Assembly (NCBI GenBank): GCA_032718475.1
Contig: JAUCBJ010004241.1
Coordinates: forward strand, 15,619 to 79,618
DNA length: 64,000 bases
Direction: 5' to 3'
Source of the DNA: Nemertoderma westbladi
Taxonomy: Eukaryota; Animalia; Xenacoelomorpha
In this document: positions 36,628 through 50,699 of the stretch, one piece after another
Layout of the letters: each line of letters opens with the position of its first letter
Numbering within the stretch: position 1 is the first letter of the stretch
Notes under the pieces: model-generated
The model's input: only the letters and a program-made list of their open reading frames with translations
Database searches by the model: none
Told to the model about the DNA's origin: nothing
Position numbers and translations under genes: made by a program

Positions 36628-38956
36628 CGCAGTCCGTGACGCGTGACACCAACTCTTGTGTGCCTTATAACGCAGTTCGTGACGCGCGACATCAACTCTG
36701 GTGTGCCTTATAACGCAGTCCGTTACGCGTGACACCAACTCTGGTGTGCCTTATAACGCAGTCCGTGACGCGCGTCACCAACTCTGGTTGCCTTATAACG
36801 CAGTCCGTGACGCGTGACACCAACTCTGTTGTGCCTTATAACGCAGTTCGTGACGCGTGACACCAACTCTGGTGTGCCTTATAACGCAGTCCGTGACGCG
36901 TGACACCAACTCTGGTGTGCCTTATAACGCAGTCCGTTACGCGTGACACCAACTCTGGTGTGCCTTATAATGCAGTCCGTGACGCGTGACACCAACTCTG
37001 GTGTGCCTTATAACTCAGCCCGTACGCGTGACACCAACTCTGGTGTGCCTTTTAACGCGGACCGTGACGCGTGACACCAACTCTGGTGTGCCTTATAACG
37101 CAGTCCGTGACGCGTGACACCAACTCTGGTGTGCCTTATAACTCAGTCCGTTACGCGTGACACCAACTCTGGTGTGCCTTTTAACGCGGTCCGTGACGCG
37201 TGACACCAACTCTGGTGTGCCTTATAACGCGGTCCGAGACGCGTGACGCCAACTCTGGTGTGCCTTTTAACGCGGTCCGTGACGCGTGACACCAACTCTG
37301 GTGTGCCTTATAACGCAGTCCGTGACGCGTGACACCAACTCTGGTGTGCCTTATAACTCAGTCCGTTACGCGTGACACCAACTCTGGTGTGCCTTTTAAC
37401 GCGGTCCGTGACACGTGACACCAACTCTGGTGTGCCTTATAACGCAGTCCGTGACGCGCGACACCAACTCTGGTGTGCCTTATAACACAGTCCGTTACGC
37501 GTGACACCAACTCTGATGTGCCTTATAACGCAGTCCGTGACGCGCGTCACCAACTCTGGTGTGCCTTATAACGCAGTCCGTGACGCGTGACACCAACTCT
37601 GGTGTGCCTTATAACGCAGTCCGTGACGCGTGACACCAACTCTGGTGTGCCTTATAACGCGGTCCGTGATGCGTGACACCAACTCTGGTGTGCCTTATGA
37701 CGCAGTCCGTGACGTGTGACACCAACTCTGGTATGCCTTATAACGCAGTCCGTGACGTGTGACACCAACTCTGGTGTGCCTTATAACGCAGTCCGTGACG
37801 CGCGACACCAACTCTGGTATGCCTTATAACGCAGTCCGTGACGCGTGACACCAACTCTGGTGTGCCTTATAACGTAGTCCGTGACGCGTGACACCAACTC
37901 TGGTGTGCCTTATAACGCAGTCCGTGGCGCGTGACACCAACTCTGGTGTGCCTTATAACACAGTCCGTTACGCGTGACACCAACTCTGATGTGCCTTATA
38001 ACGCAGTCCGTGACGCGCGTCACCAACTCTGGTGTGCCTTATAACGCAGTCCGTGACGCGTGACATCAACTCTGGTGTGCCTTATAACGCGGTCCGTGAC
38101 GCGTGATGCCAACTCTGGTATGCCTTATAACGCAGTCCGTGACGCGCGTCACCAACTCTGGTGTGCCTTATAACGCAGTCCGTGACGCGTGACACCAACT
38201 CTGGTGTGCCTTATAACGCAGTCCGTTACGCGTGACACCAACTCTGGTGTGCCTTATAATGCAGTCCGTGACGCGTGACACCAACTCTGGTGTGCCTTAT
38301 AACAGTCCGTTACGCGTGACACCAACTCTGATGTGCCTTATAACGCAGTCCGTGACGCGCGTCACCAACTCTGGTATGCCTTATAACGCAGTCCGTGACG
38401 CGTGACGCCAACTCTGGTGTGCCTTATAACGCAGTCCGTGACGCGTGACACCAAATAAGGTGTGCCTTATAACGCGGTCCGTGACGCGTGACACCAACTC
38501 TGGTGTGCTTTATAACGCAGTCCATGACGTGTGACGTCAACTCTGGTGTGCCTTATAACGCAGTCCGCGACGCGTGACGCCAACTCCGGTGTGCCTTATA
38601 ACGCAGTCCGTGACGCGTGACACCAACTCTGGTGGGCTTTATAACGCAGTCCGTGATGCGTGACGCCAACTCTGGTTTGCCTTATAACGAGGCCCGTGAC
38701 GCGTGACGCCAACTCTGGTGTGCCTTATAACGCAGTCCGTGACGCGTGACGCCAACTCTGGTGTGCCTTATAACGCAGTCCGTGACGCGCGTCACCAAAT
38801 CTGGTGTGCCTTATAACGCAGTCCGTGACGCGTGACACCAACTCTGGTGTGCTTTATAACGCAGTCCATGACGTGTGACGTCAACTCTGGTGTGCCTTAT
38901 AACGCAGTCCGTGACGCGTGACGCCAACTCTGGTGTGCCTTATAGCGCAGTCCGTG
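36628..38956. repeat. 43-bp CpG-rich tandem satellite (~54 units)
   Basis: Unit GCAGTCCGTGACGCGTGACACCAACTCTGGTGTGCCTTATAAC with no spacers. Confidence 0.97.
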
Positions 38957-39057
38957 AACAAACTAAAATAATGCTCAGTTATCATATATTTATATATTTA
39001 CATTTATTGACTGATTATTAAATGTAAATTGCACCACCAAGAATCTAACAAATAGTA

Positions 39058-39470
39058 CACCATCTCGCTTAATACAACAATAATTTGTAGGGGGTCGGAC
39101 CCCTAATTTTTTCAAATTTCAATAAAATGCTACGAAATTTGGTATGATGATAGATTGACACCTTATCTTACTGGTGGCCAGGCCGGATTTTTCAATTTCT
39201 CAGTTATTTCCATACAACAAGCCCTTAAAAAATGTCTGTTTAGCAATGTTTAACCACCTCCGTCCTCCGTAGACTTTAATTTTTATGTCTTTGGAATGTA
39301 ATCTGGATATCATTAGAACCGCCTTCATCTGCAGATTCCGAATCTGAAAACCGTTTACAATTTCATCAAAAAATGCTAAATATATTATCAAAATACTAAT
39401 GTGCAAATTTTGAGACGTAAATCACTATAAATTCAAATGTGTTTTGTCCTTATTCTGGAATATTAATTAT
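39058..39470. mobile_element. Truncated MITE related to 32771-33323, directly left of element 2
   Basis: TTAATACAAC...AGGGGGTCGGA TIR and interior matching the reverse complement of about 32905-33310. Confidence 0.8.
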
Positions 39471-39478
39471 TATTTAGC

Positions 39479-40698
39479 TGTAAAGGCTTTTGCGGAATTA
39501 GCTGGTTATTTTCCCCGCAAAGTACTCTGTAGGTGTTTTATCGGACATAAAAAGCCGTTTTCTTACTGTACAGGTGTTTTAGTGGACATAAAAAGCCATT
39601 TCTTCTGTATGTGTACTTTAGCGGACATAACTAGCAATTTTATGCCGCAATGCACCAAATACTCTTAGTACAGTGTATTGCAGATGACGACATCTATCAG
39701 CTGAGATGTCGACGTGTAGCTTTTGGCTTTCTTTGTTCAGGCTCACTCACTCGACCAATCAGAGCGATTTTCATTTTATTTGTACAGAAGCCTCCGGGAA
39801 ATCGCGCAATGCATTATGGTTTATGTTTACCTTTTTTCCTGATGCCAGAACATCGGCTGTGGAATTATTCTGTGTTTCAGACTTTAGCCAAACATTAGAA
39901 CGGCTTTGATCATAGAAACGTATAACTGTTATCAACACAATACATACTCAATTCATATCAACTCAAAACAAACTGGCATACAGCCCATATCATACTATAC
40001 ATACCTTTCACCGCATTATTTTACTGCTATTTACTGTCGGTTATTAATTGTATCAGTTGATGGAATATTGTTATATTTGGAGAATATCGATAAATAATCA
40101 TAAAACCCCAATCTTCTTGATATACTGAAGGTGAGAGACCGGTTACATATAGCAATTGCGACTTACATTATAGTGGTTTTGGAGTGAATTTAATGCTATT
40201 TCATAGGCCCTACATGTGTCGGTTGCTGTTCTCTTTATGTGTGACTAAAATTAGTGAAGGTCGGCAGATCAGTGTGCAGCAGTGTGCGGTAGTGTGCATG
40301 AGTGTGATAGATAACAAAGCATCTCCTAAAGAATGCGCTTTATATGTGAATCAATAGCCATCCCGTTGTGTTTAGTGTAAGTCATAACTCTGTTTACATA
40401 CTTAGAGCGCCACGTCCTAAAGGAACTGTTAATATTTCCCGAAAGTGAATAATATTTGTCAGAGATTATATATTAACGATCAATCGAATAATACAGTAGG
40501 CCTACACCGCAATAAAGTCAGAGCTTCCGAATCCAGTCTCCCGGGTAAATCCAGCGGGTGAATGGTCGCGCATAGGCTGGCTTCGGCTAATGTAGTTTTA
40601 TGTGTATCAAATACTCGTCATAGGCTAAAGTCGATTTATAACCTAGAAGACACCTAAATTTGGCAGGTTAAACTGCTAAAGGTCTAAAAGCACGATCA
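39479..40698 (+). repeat. 5' LTR of element 2 (1220 bp)
   Basis: TGTAAAGGCTTTTGCGG ... AAAAGCACGATCA; differs from the 3' LTR by about 8 substitutions and one 13-bp indel, counted by eye. Confidence 0.97.
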
Positions 40699-40711
40699 AT
40701 AACAGTTATAC
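40699..40711 (+). promoter_or_regulatory. Non-canonical PBS of element 2 (ATAACAGTTATAC), candidate self-priming PBS; second copy at 40766-40776
   Basis: Exact reverse complement of GTATAACTGTTAT at 39920-39932 within the LTR; no TGG. Confidence 0.68.
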
Positions 40712-42664
40712 TTCTGATTGCAGTGTAGGCAATAAATACAGTTTAATATTGTTCTGATAAGAACAATAACAGTTATTGCTTCTTTATTGCAACGTAGGCA
40801 ATAAAGACTAAAGTACCGGTCGACCGGTAACCAGTAGGCCTGACTGCCTAACCACCCGAACCGGTACTTACAGTAGTACAGGTACTAGTATTATTTCGAT
40901 TGTGATATTGTATACCGGTAGGCTGTTTAAGAGATTAGGGACTGTACACCCCTTGTTTCTTTTGGAGCTTATTTATTTCTGTCAGTTTTATTTATTTGTA
41001 AGTTAATATTGAGCAGAAGACGTGTAATCCTGCTCAGATTGTACAGGTAATTTGTAGGCTGGACTGTTGTCTGACTGTTGTTAAGTCTGAAGAGATTGCA
41101 GTGTGTGTAGAGTGTATGTCCGATAAAGTACTAGTTAGGAACGTGGTGGGCATCCAGTGCTGTAAGGTAAATCCCCCCGAAAGAATAAGTCGTACTACTC
41201 GGTTAGAACGCATACTAACTAACCATTTCGGAGTCTGCATATACTGTAGTTTATTTAGGCTTGATAGTAGTCTGCCAGCGTTTGGTCTGTATTTTGTTTG
41301 TGTAGTCTGTAAGGGTAGCGTAATATTTATTATTCAGAGTTTATGCGATTATTCGCAACATTCATACCCCCAAGTTTATTCCTACAGTAATTGTGCTTGT
41401 TATATATACCATTATAGTTAAATTAACCCCGGTACTACATCAGGGCTGTTCGGCGTAGGTAAAGACTGGTGATTTTATGCTCTGGTCACTCCGGCAGATA
41501 CCGTGGTTCTTTTAGCTGTACAAGTATTTTTAACTGCTGGTTATTTGTTGTATAAGTACTTGTACCTAATTTAGGGTTTAGTGTACAGTGCTTTCCGAAG
41601 GTAATTAGTGTGTAGGCAGTATATTTGTGTTGTAAAGTGGTTAATAGGCACGTTGGCTCTGGTAGGCCGCGGTAATTAACTTCTAGGTAGGAACACTCCG
41701 TGTACATAACGTAGTACTTATAGCGCTACGGCTATAAGTCGTCAGACGGTGGTATTTTTCCTATCTGGACAACGTAGTATATTTACTACTGCTTTATTAT
41801 TTTCAAATACCGTATTATCCTGTCCATTTGTAATAACCAGATATTCTAACCCTTTGTTAGGCTGGTTTGTAGACTTCTTGTAAAATTACCCTAAAATTTG
41901 TACGTGTAATTTTTTGTGTTTATTTAGAGATTGTAATCTCACCCCGTAATTGTATGTAATTTGTAGTATTAAGTAACTTAGGCAAGTAGAATTATTGGTT
42001 TTAGTGTCCAACAAGTAGCACTTCACTGAGAGCGTACAGCTTCTGTGTAGTGACTCCTTCCCAGAAATAATAACATTTATTTCAAATATTGACAAAAACC
42101 CATTAAAACGGGTATATATATTATAAATCAACTCCAACCGATTTATAAAATAGTAGGCCTGTCTTACAACAATTAGGTCTTAATGTCAGTTGGACTACTG
42201 CTTAAATAACGGTAATAAAGTAAAGTAAAGTAACCAAGTAACCCTAAAATTCAGAAATTCAATTATTCTAAAATAATTGATATACCGGTATTCACGATAG
42301 GCTTATTATATATTTCTATATATTTGTGCTGAAATTATATACCGGTATTCTATAATTAATTCTAGTCTATAATTATATTTATATACACTATAAGTGTAAG
42401 CTGTATACCGGTATTCACGATAGGCTTATTATATATTCTATATATTTGCGCTGAAATTATATACCGGTATTCTGTGACAAACCTAGTCTGTAATAATACT
42501 TATATATACTATAAGTGCATATCGGTATTCTAATATGTTGTAAATATATCACTTACACTGAGTAACGATATCGGTAATTAATTACTAGGCTAACAGTTGA
42601 TACTGAATTACTAGACTTGCTTTAACTGTAATATAGCAGTAGGCATTCAACTGTACAAACAAAC

Positions 42665-45600
42665 ATGTCTGACACAAAGCAAAACCTGTCAGACAGTCTC
42701 CTAGATACAACCATCTGTGACCCAGACAGGAGTGTAGAACGTGTGAGACCAAAGTTCAACTCACCTCCTACTGTAAGAAAGATCATCCCTCCAGTAGTAG
42801 TATCAGACCCTAGGCTAGTCCAACACCGTAGGTCTATCATAGGCACTCGGGCTCAAGTCAAGCGGGACCAAGAAGCAGCTGTTAAACAGCAGCAACACTC
42901 GAGCCGAGAACTTATTCCTCAGCGGCCCGACAGCTCCAGTAGTTTGGATACTGTAGAGCTGACACCCGAGCGCGGAGCAAAGATGGCAGATGCGGTTTAT
43001 TCGGATCCCCTTCTCATCCTTCCTGCAGCCGTACTCACTAGGGTATTGATTGCGGTGGAGGAACACCAAATTGATTGGGCGAGAAGTAAGCGATCGACCA
43101 AGGATAGTTATGCGAGATACACAAGAGAGGAACTGAAGTCTATTGTCGAGTCGCAATGGAACTTCCCCGGACCCGGACTCCCGTTTGACTTATCGGAAGC
43201 TGCCTGGGAAGACATACATAGGATGGGAGTGACAAAAGACACTAGTGATCCAGCTGTGTGGAAGAGGTCGGCAGCAGGATATGTACAGGGATTCTTCAGC
43301 TCTTTGGAGCGATTAGAGGAACAACTGTTTCAACAAACCCAAGGACCTCAAGAGCAGGGAGAGCTGCTTTATCAAGTTCGAGAAAGAATTCTAAGAATCA
43401 GACTAATCCTATCGGCCTTTGAGGAGGCTTCGAAAAGAAGACAAGACACGTCGTTGCAAGTTGCTGTAAAGACTTGGTTTCAGCGGGTGAGTCTCAAAGT
43501 TCAAGGAACGGCCCAGTGGAAATCTCAGCTGGCTGAGCGCTCAACCCATGGAGAATCAACAGATGCTACCTTTTCCCAAGTGGAAAGTGAAGCGACAGCA
43601 GAGAAACCGCATAAGAGGGATGCTATTGACATTTATCTGTCAGACTATCAACGATTTCTAGGTGATGAAGAGTTGAGGAGAAGGCTGGCTGGACTTCGTC
43701 CTAATAGTGAAGGAGCCAAGTTTGTGTTGGACGCAATAGATGCGGAAATGTTAGCTGCGAACCAAGCTAAATTCGATGAACGCCTCCGCATCGCTAGGGT
43801 CCAAGAAGAACAAGTAAAGAAAAAACGTATAGAAGACAGAAAGACAGCAGCAGCGGCAGTGGCAGCGGCAGAAGCGGAAAGAAAAGCGGCAGAGGCGGAA
43901 AGAAAGATGGCAGTGGCAGAAGCAGAACGGAGAGCGTCTGAAGAGACCACCCAACTAGAGTTGGAAAATATTCAAGAGAATCAAGACTGCATAAATAAAC
44001 AGTTAACAGCTAGTCAAATGCAGATGATGAGTCGATCTACTCCCAAAAGACAGGGATTTACATCATCTGATGAAGGCGATACCACCGATCCTGAAGGCGG
44101 AGGAAATAGATCTCGTTCCAACAGACGTAGAAGAATGCCTCACCGTCAGAAATTGCCTGATTTGCCCCCAGCCGTGAGAAGGCAACTAGCTAGCACAGAC
44201 TTAGGTAGTACAGAACCCACAGACCAAATTATTAGATTAGAAAGACTCCCTACTATAGTAGATGAGCCTGAAACAATTAGGCCTGTTCTCGAAGCCACCC
44301 CTTCGGTAACAGAGACACCTGTACTCCTAGAACCTACCTCTAAATTCCCTTTGCACAGCACTAAACTACCTGTGCCCAGCAGAACAACCCCTGAGACAGT
44401 TCCTGTCCTGGACTCCGAGCGAAACATCAATGATTTGTTGCCCGTTGTCCCTCGTCCGCCCGCTACTATGATGGCGGCTCCCGCTTCGGCGGTAGAGTGG
44501 GTGGATGAGGGACGACGGGAGATGGGTCTCCTGCTCGGGCAGCTGAGGGAACACTGTAAGTGCTCCTCTCAGCAGGTCCGGGAGATGGAAGGAACTGTTC
44601 AGCAGTTCAAGGGCACAGTAAGGGAAAGTAGGTTAGACTTGCAAGAAGTGCAGCAGAGTATCGCGTTAGAACGCGATAAATTGGTAAATACACAAAAGGG
44701 TATACCACCAACCCCGGTAACAATGTGTCAACCTGTTAGGTCTGAAGTATTTCATGCACAAGGTATGGAGCCTACACGCATCTATACTGCTAGTGAAGTA
44801 GAAACTCCTATAGTAAACCCTATTAAGGGTAATTATAAACCTGTTGACAATGATATTCCATATAGACCTGATCATAATCCGAGAAATTTATATACCGATA
44901 GCTCGATATTAAATAACACGATGGCCCAAGAAAGTTTTACGCGTCAAATGGCTAGAACCGAAGCCCGTCAAGCAGTAAAGGTGGGAGAGATCGTCAAGTT
45001 CAATGGAGATGAGATGAAATGGTTACCTTTTAATGAATATTACAAAGATAACATACAGAACTCTGTGCTATCTAACGGAGAGAAACTTAGATTCCTCATC
45101 GAGTGCTTGGAAGGATCTCCCAAGTTAATGGCGTTAAAGTTTATTGGACATCCAGATGGATTAAGACAAGTTTGGGATACACTAAACATCAGGTATGGTA
45201 ATAGGAATAACATAGCTAGGTATTTGTATGCAAAATTGGTAGCGCCCCGAAAGTTCATTAGCAGCGGGATTATAGAGTTTTCCGATGAGATTCAGGAGAT
45301 TTGTAGACAATTAGATTGGCTAGGTAAGTCTCATGAATATCAGAGTTCTATGGTTATTGGAGCCGTGGCCTCTACTTTACCAAAGGGTGGAGTAGGTACA
45401 CGCTGGGATAAGAAAGTGTTATATATGATGGAACAACAACGACGAGACCCTACCATGGCTGATCTCATGTCATTCTTAGATGGAGAAGTAAAATTACAGC
45501 TCCTAAAGCAGTCCAGAGAGAAGACACCGGAAAATAAGGTAAGTGAGAAACCCGTTTCAAGGAGAAAGGTAACACCAGTGTGTTATACCGACGACGCGAA

Positions 45601-48600
45601 AGCCAGGCTTCTCAAGAAGAGGACAGCGGGAAAGACACTGAAAGATCTTACTACATCAACAAAGCGCCTAAAGACGTAAGTAAATTCAAGTCTCGAACCA
45701 ATGACAGGAGAGAACAGGTAAGAAAAACTCCTCCTACGTCTCCTAAGAGAATTCATGTAAGAAAGCCCGAAGAAAGAACGAGTATGCACAACATTACTCA
45801 AAGTAAGGTAAGTAACATCAAACCGAAATGTGCACTGTGTGACGGGCCCCACCGTTTGAGTGTGTGTGATGAATTCCTAAAGAAATCATTAAAAGATAGA
45901 CGTGAAGTCATGTGGGATAAGCGGTTGTGTTATAATTGCCTCAGACAAGGACACCAATGGCGAACCTGTTACTCCGACGCAAGGTGTGCAAAGTGCGGCG
46001 CAAAACATCATATCTTGTTGCACACTGAATTCGAACGAAACAGCCCGAGTCAGATAAGTGAGTCCGAACTACATGTCTAATTCAGTGATGTGAACGACAC
46101 TGACCAAAGTTCTGAGATGGAAGGATTCTATACGGACGAATTCTCCGATGAAAACGAATCCTGTTACCTAATAAATACCGCAGTGTGAAGGATGAACACA
46201 ATGAAAAGGACACCGACTGTGAGCCCCCCCTAACTACTCCTGACCGACAACCATCTTGGAAAGCACCAACTTCCAACGTAGGAATCCGAGAATTTCCCGT
46301 AGTGCAGTTGAGAGTCCACGGTCCTGACAAAAGTTATATAGTGAACGCCCTCCTTGACTCCGGCAGCACAGGAACATTCATCGACAAAGAACTAGCCGAA
46401 GACATCTTTGCTGGACAACCCAAGTTCCGAACTAAGTTAAACATGTCAGGAATTATGCAGGTTTGGAAATCTACAGTAATTGCAGATTACTATGTATTTG
46501 CGTTGTCCACCCCCCAGGATGAACTAGGAGAACACAGTATAAGGTCAGTAAAAATGGTGGCGATAAAGAACTTCGCTACCAGCCAAGTGGAACCTTATAA
46601 CTGGGATGAGGACGATTTCACCCAGCAGCTTAAGATACCTAGATTCAACACAGACTACCCTGGAGTGCAAATACTCATCGGCCAAAATGCGCATGAGGCG
46701 CTTGAGACATTGGAGAAACGGCCTGCTCAACCGCAACCACTACAAGCCTATGCGGGAAGAACTAGAGTAGGTTGGTACTTTACTGGCCCTTCCCGTAGAA
46801 CTGTCATGGAAAGGTTACCCAAAGAATGGGTATACCAGGTAAGTGAATGGGAAGAGGAGTTCAGTGAGGTAGACGACATAACTGAGGGAACACCATACTC
46901 CTCAGATAATGACGACATCCACCAACTCTTCGACGAGGAGAAGACCATCGACCTCCTTACAGAAAACAAAACTTGGCAAAACCAAGTGAACCTATGTCAC
47001 CTCATTCATCCAGCAGAACAAGCGTACAACGACGAACTGAATGAAGTGATAGATCGCTACAACGTGAAGACTCGCGATGAACACGCCGTACGATTCTTTA
47101 CTCAAGAGGCTGTAGAGCCCAATTCCTACGATAAGGCCCTATCGGTAGAAGAAGAAAGAGCCAAGCAGATCCAGGAGACAACTACACGGTTTCTTAAAGA
47201 TCAAGGTAGATATGAAATCGGTCTACCATTTCGAAAGCGAGAACCTAAATTTATAAACAACCGACCCTTGGCGGAGAAAAGAATTGCGCAACTATATCGA
47301 CGCCTTACGGCAAATGCTTCAGCTAAGGAAATGTACAAGACTCAGTTGAAGAAATTTATTGACAAGGGATATGCGGAGCGAGTACCGGAAGAAACACCCA
47401 TAACTGAGAGAACGTACTATCTAACACATCATTACGTTCCCAAACCCGGTAAACCCAATGAAGTCCGGGTAGTATTTGACGGCTCCGCCCTCTACATGGG
47501 CCAATCCCTTAATTCCGAGTTGTTACCAGGACCCAACTTACTCCAATCCTTGTTGGGAATACTCTTAAGATTACGACAATATTCAATCGCTTTCGCCTCT
47601 GATATAGAAGGCATGTTCTTACAAGTCAAGGCGCTGGATAGGGATCGAGACAGCCTACGATTTCTGTGGTGGCCTGAAGGAGACCTCAACCAGAAACCGG
47701 TGGAGTATTGGATGACCATCCAGGCTTTTGGGATCATCTCAAGCCCTTCAAACGCCTGCTCAGTGGTGCGCACCACTGCTGATGACAACCGGGACGCCTT
47801 CTCTAAAGAGGTTATCGACAACATCAAACGGGATATATACATGGACGACAATTTAAAGTCTCTCCCATCGGTGGAAGAAGCCATTGATGTTGCCAAAGGA
47901 ACGGTAGAGTGCTTGAAAAGAGGTGGATTTCGATTAACTAAATTCACCAGCAACTCCCGTGAGTTTCTGGAATCGATCCCGGTAGAAGACTGAGGAGTTA
48001 AAGATCTAGACCTAATCAAGGACGATCTTCCAGAAACCAAGACACTTGTTTTGAAATGGGACACAGAGAGAAATATCCTGTTTTTCCAGCTAAAACAGCG
48101 AGATAATCCAGTTCGGACTAAACGGATTTGTCTAAGTATCCTGAGCACTTATTTCGATCCATTGGGATTTATTAGCCCAGTTATATTGATTGCTCGGAGT
48201 TTAATACAACAAATGTGGCTTGAAAACCACTCATGGGACGATCCACTTAAGGGAGAACTACTAAAGAAGTGGATGAAATGGGAAGATTCTCTACCATCCA
48301 TCGAGAAATTTATAATTTCCCGTTCCTATTTTGGTCATGTTCTCCCCACGTATTCCTATCAACTCCATGTGTTTGGAGACGCCAGCGATATGGGAATAGG
48401 TATAGTAGCCTACCTGAGAGTTGAAACTCCGGATTGAATCAAGGTCGCCTTGGTTACCTCTAAGGCCTTGATAAACAACAAGTTGAAAGTTCCTCGAGCG
48501 GAGTTAAAAGCTGCTCTATATGCTACAGCCATCGGCCGGAATGTAACGGAACAGATAGACTATCCACTGGAGAAAACTGTCTATTGGACCGATGCTTTGC

Positions 48601-50699
48601 TCGTGTTGGAGTATATCACCAATGAAGTCTGTCAGTTCAGCGTCTTCGTTACCAACAGAGTTGCCATTATACTTAGTCGTACGAAGATAGATCAATGGAG
48701 ACATTGCCTTGGGATGATTAATCCAGCCGACATCGCCTCCAGGGGAGCAACTCCGCAAGAACTGATAGATACTCCATACTGGTTAAGTGGACCCGACTTT
48801 CTAAGCAAAGAAGAGGATGAATGGCCTCCTCATCTTACCACGGCTGAGATTAGACAAGCCAAGGGAGCGGAGAAAGTCAAACCTAAAACCCGGGCGAGTA
48901 AATCGAAGTTATTTAAACCTGTGATAGATCTGTCTGTACTACACACTTCCGGAGACGACGCTTTGGATCCACAATCCCCCACCACAAATAAGTCTGTTGT
49001 GGAAATCAGAGAGAGAGATTGGAAATCTGGAACGCCAGACGTCACGCAAGGACTCTCACCCCTCCTGCAGAGAGCGATACATCACTATAGTTCCTGGAAT
49101 CGGCTCTGTAAGGCCGTTACATATTTAAAGCGATGTTTTCATCATCACTACTCCAGGACGAAGACCACTAGTGATACCGCTCCACTGACATCTGCACAGG
49201 TCCATGTTGTTAAAGATCTTCCCAAATACAAGATATCCGACAGGTTTCTGAAGGAGAAGATCAGTTACCAGGAGCATGAAGAAACCAATAAGCAGATGCT
49301 GAGACTCCGGCAATGCTATGAGGATTCCGATAAGTATTTCCTGTTGTTGAGAAATCCACAGATGCGCTTAAGGGATCGTTTCTCTAGCACAATGATAGAT
49401 GGGTTAATACGTGTTGGAGGAAGACTAACTAATGCTCCATTATCCTTTGACACTAAGTTTCCCATACTCATTAGAAATCTTGAAATACAAATCAAGATGA
49501 TTGTAGATGTTCACAGTAAACTTTATCATGCTGGTAGAGAACGAGTTCTTAGCGAAATTCGAACTCGCTATTATTTTTATAAACCCCGTAGAGCTCTGAA
49601 CCAAGTTCTTAGGAACTGCATACCCTGTAGGAAAGCATTCAGTAGGCCTTTAACACAGCGAGAGGCAGAATTACCTCGGGAAAGAGTAAGCTTCTATGAA
49701 CCACCCTTTACTAATACCGGTGTAGATTTATTTGGCCCTATTGAAGTATATCGTGCTAGGACTATAGTCAAGAGATGGTGTGTCATCTTTGTTTGTATGA
49801 CTTGTAGAGCTATCCATCTCGATATGGTGAACGATTTATCTACCAACAGCTTCCTATTGAATTTACGCCGACAGATCGCTCGCTTTGGAACTAGTAACAC
49901 GATGAGATCTGATAAGGGAACGAACTTCATTGGTGCCAACAATGAAATCAAGGCTTACGTCAAAGATTGGAACCAAAGACAGGTGGACGATCAGCTAAGG
50001 GTAACAGCGTCTAGCTGGACCTTCAACGCCGCCGACGCCCCTTGGTGGGGAGGAAGTTGGGAGAGATTAATCAGGAGCGTGAAGACCGCATTTCACTTTA
50101 TAGTGCCGTGCCGCGCGTATCTCACCGACGAACTTTTGCGGACGTTAATGGAGGAAATCGCCGCCTATCTCAACGAGAGACCGCTTATGCCAGTCTCATC
50201 GAGTCCCGATTCCCAGGAAGCGCTAACACCCGCGCACTTCCTACTGAAGAAACCTGTAGCCATGCTCCCACGATCGGAAATCACAGACGGAGACGAATAC
50301 TGCCGGCAAACTTGGCAACTTATGCAGTTGTTATCCCGTCGTTTCACTGACCATTTCGAAAAACATTTTCTGCCCACGCTACAACTTCGAACTAAGTGGT
50401 TTGCGCAGCAAGAAAACGTCAGCGCTGGAGACATGGTCCTTATTGTGGATTCAGATCTTCTACGTAAGCGGTGGCAGACAGGTCGTATCATCGAGACTCA
50501 TATCTCGGATGATGGTTTGGTGCGATCGGTAGAACTCGTCGTCATGCGACGTAACTTTAAGAAACCGGGAATTGTCTTCGAGACGCAGCAACTCAATCGC
50601 CCAGTTGGTCGTTTATGTTTACTGGAAAGAGACAGAGAACTCTCCGGAAACTATGGAAGGCAAGATACTCTTCCCACGACCACCTCCCTAATCCAATAA
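42665..50699 (+). pseudogene. Gag-Pol polyprotein of element 2, disrupted by frameshifts (~45596, ~46186) and stops (46078, 47991, 48435)
   Basis: Triple gag knuckle, protease LLDSGS, RT VRVVFDGS / DIEGMFLQV / YMDD, RNase H HVFGDAS / PRAEL / WTDA / NPADIASRG, integrase H-H-C-C with GVDLFGP, SDKGTNF, GGSWERL, and DUF5641-like tail. Confidence 0.95.

Noticed and set aside
36628-38956. CRISPR-like array (also considered for the 75-bp and 54-bp repeats)
   Set aside because: Units are head-to-tail with no unique spacers, no cas genes, eukaryotic context
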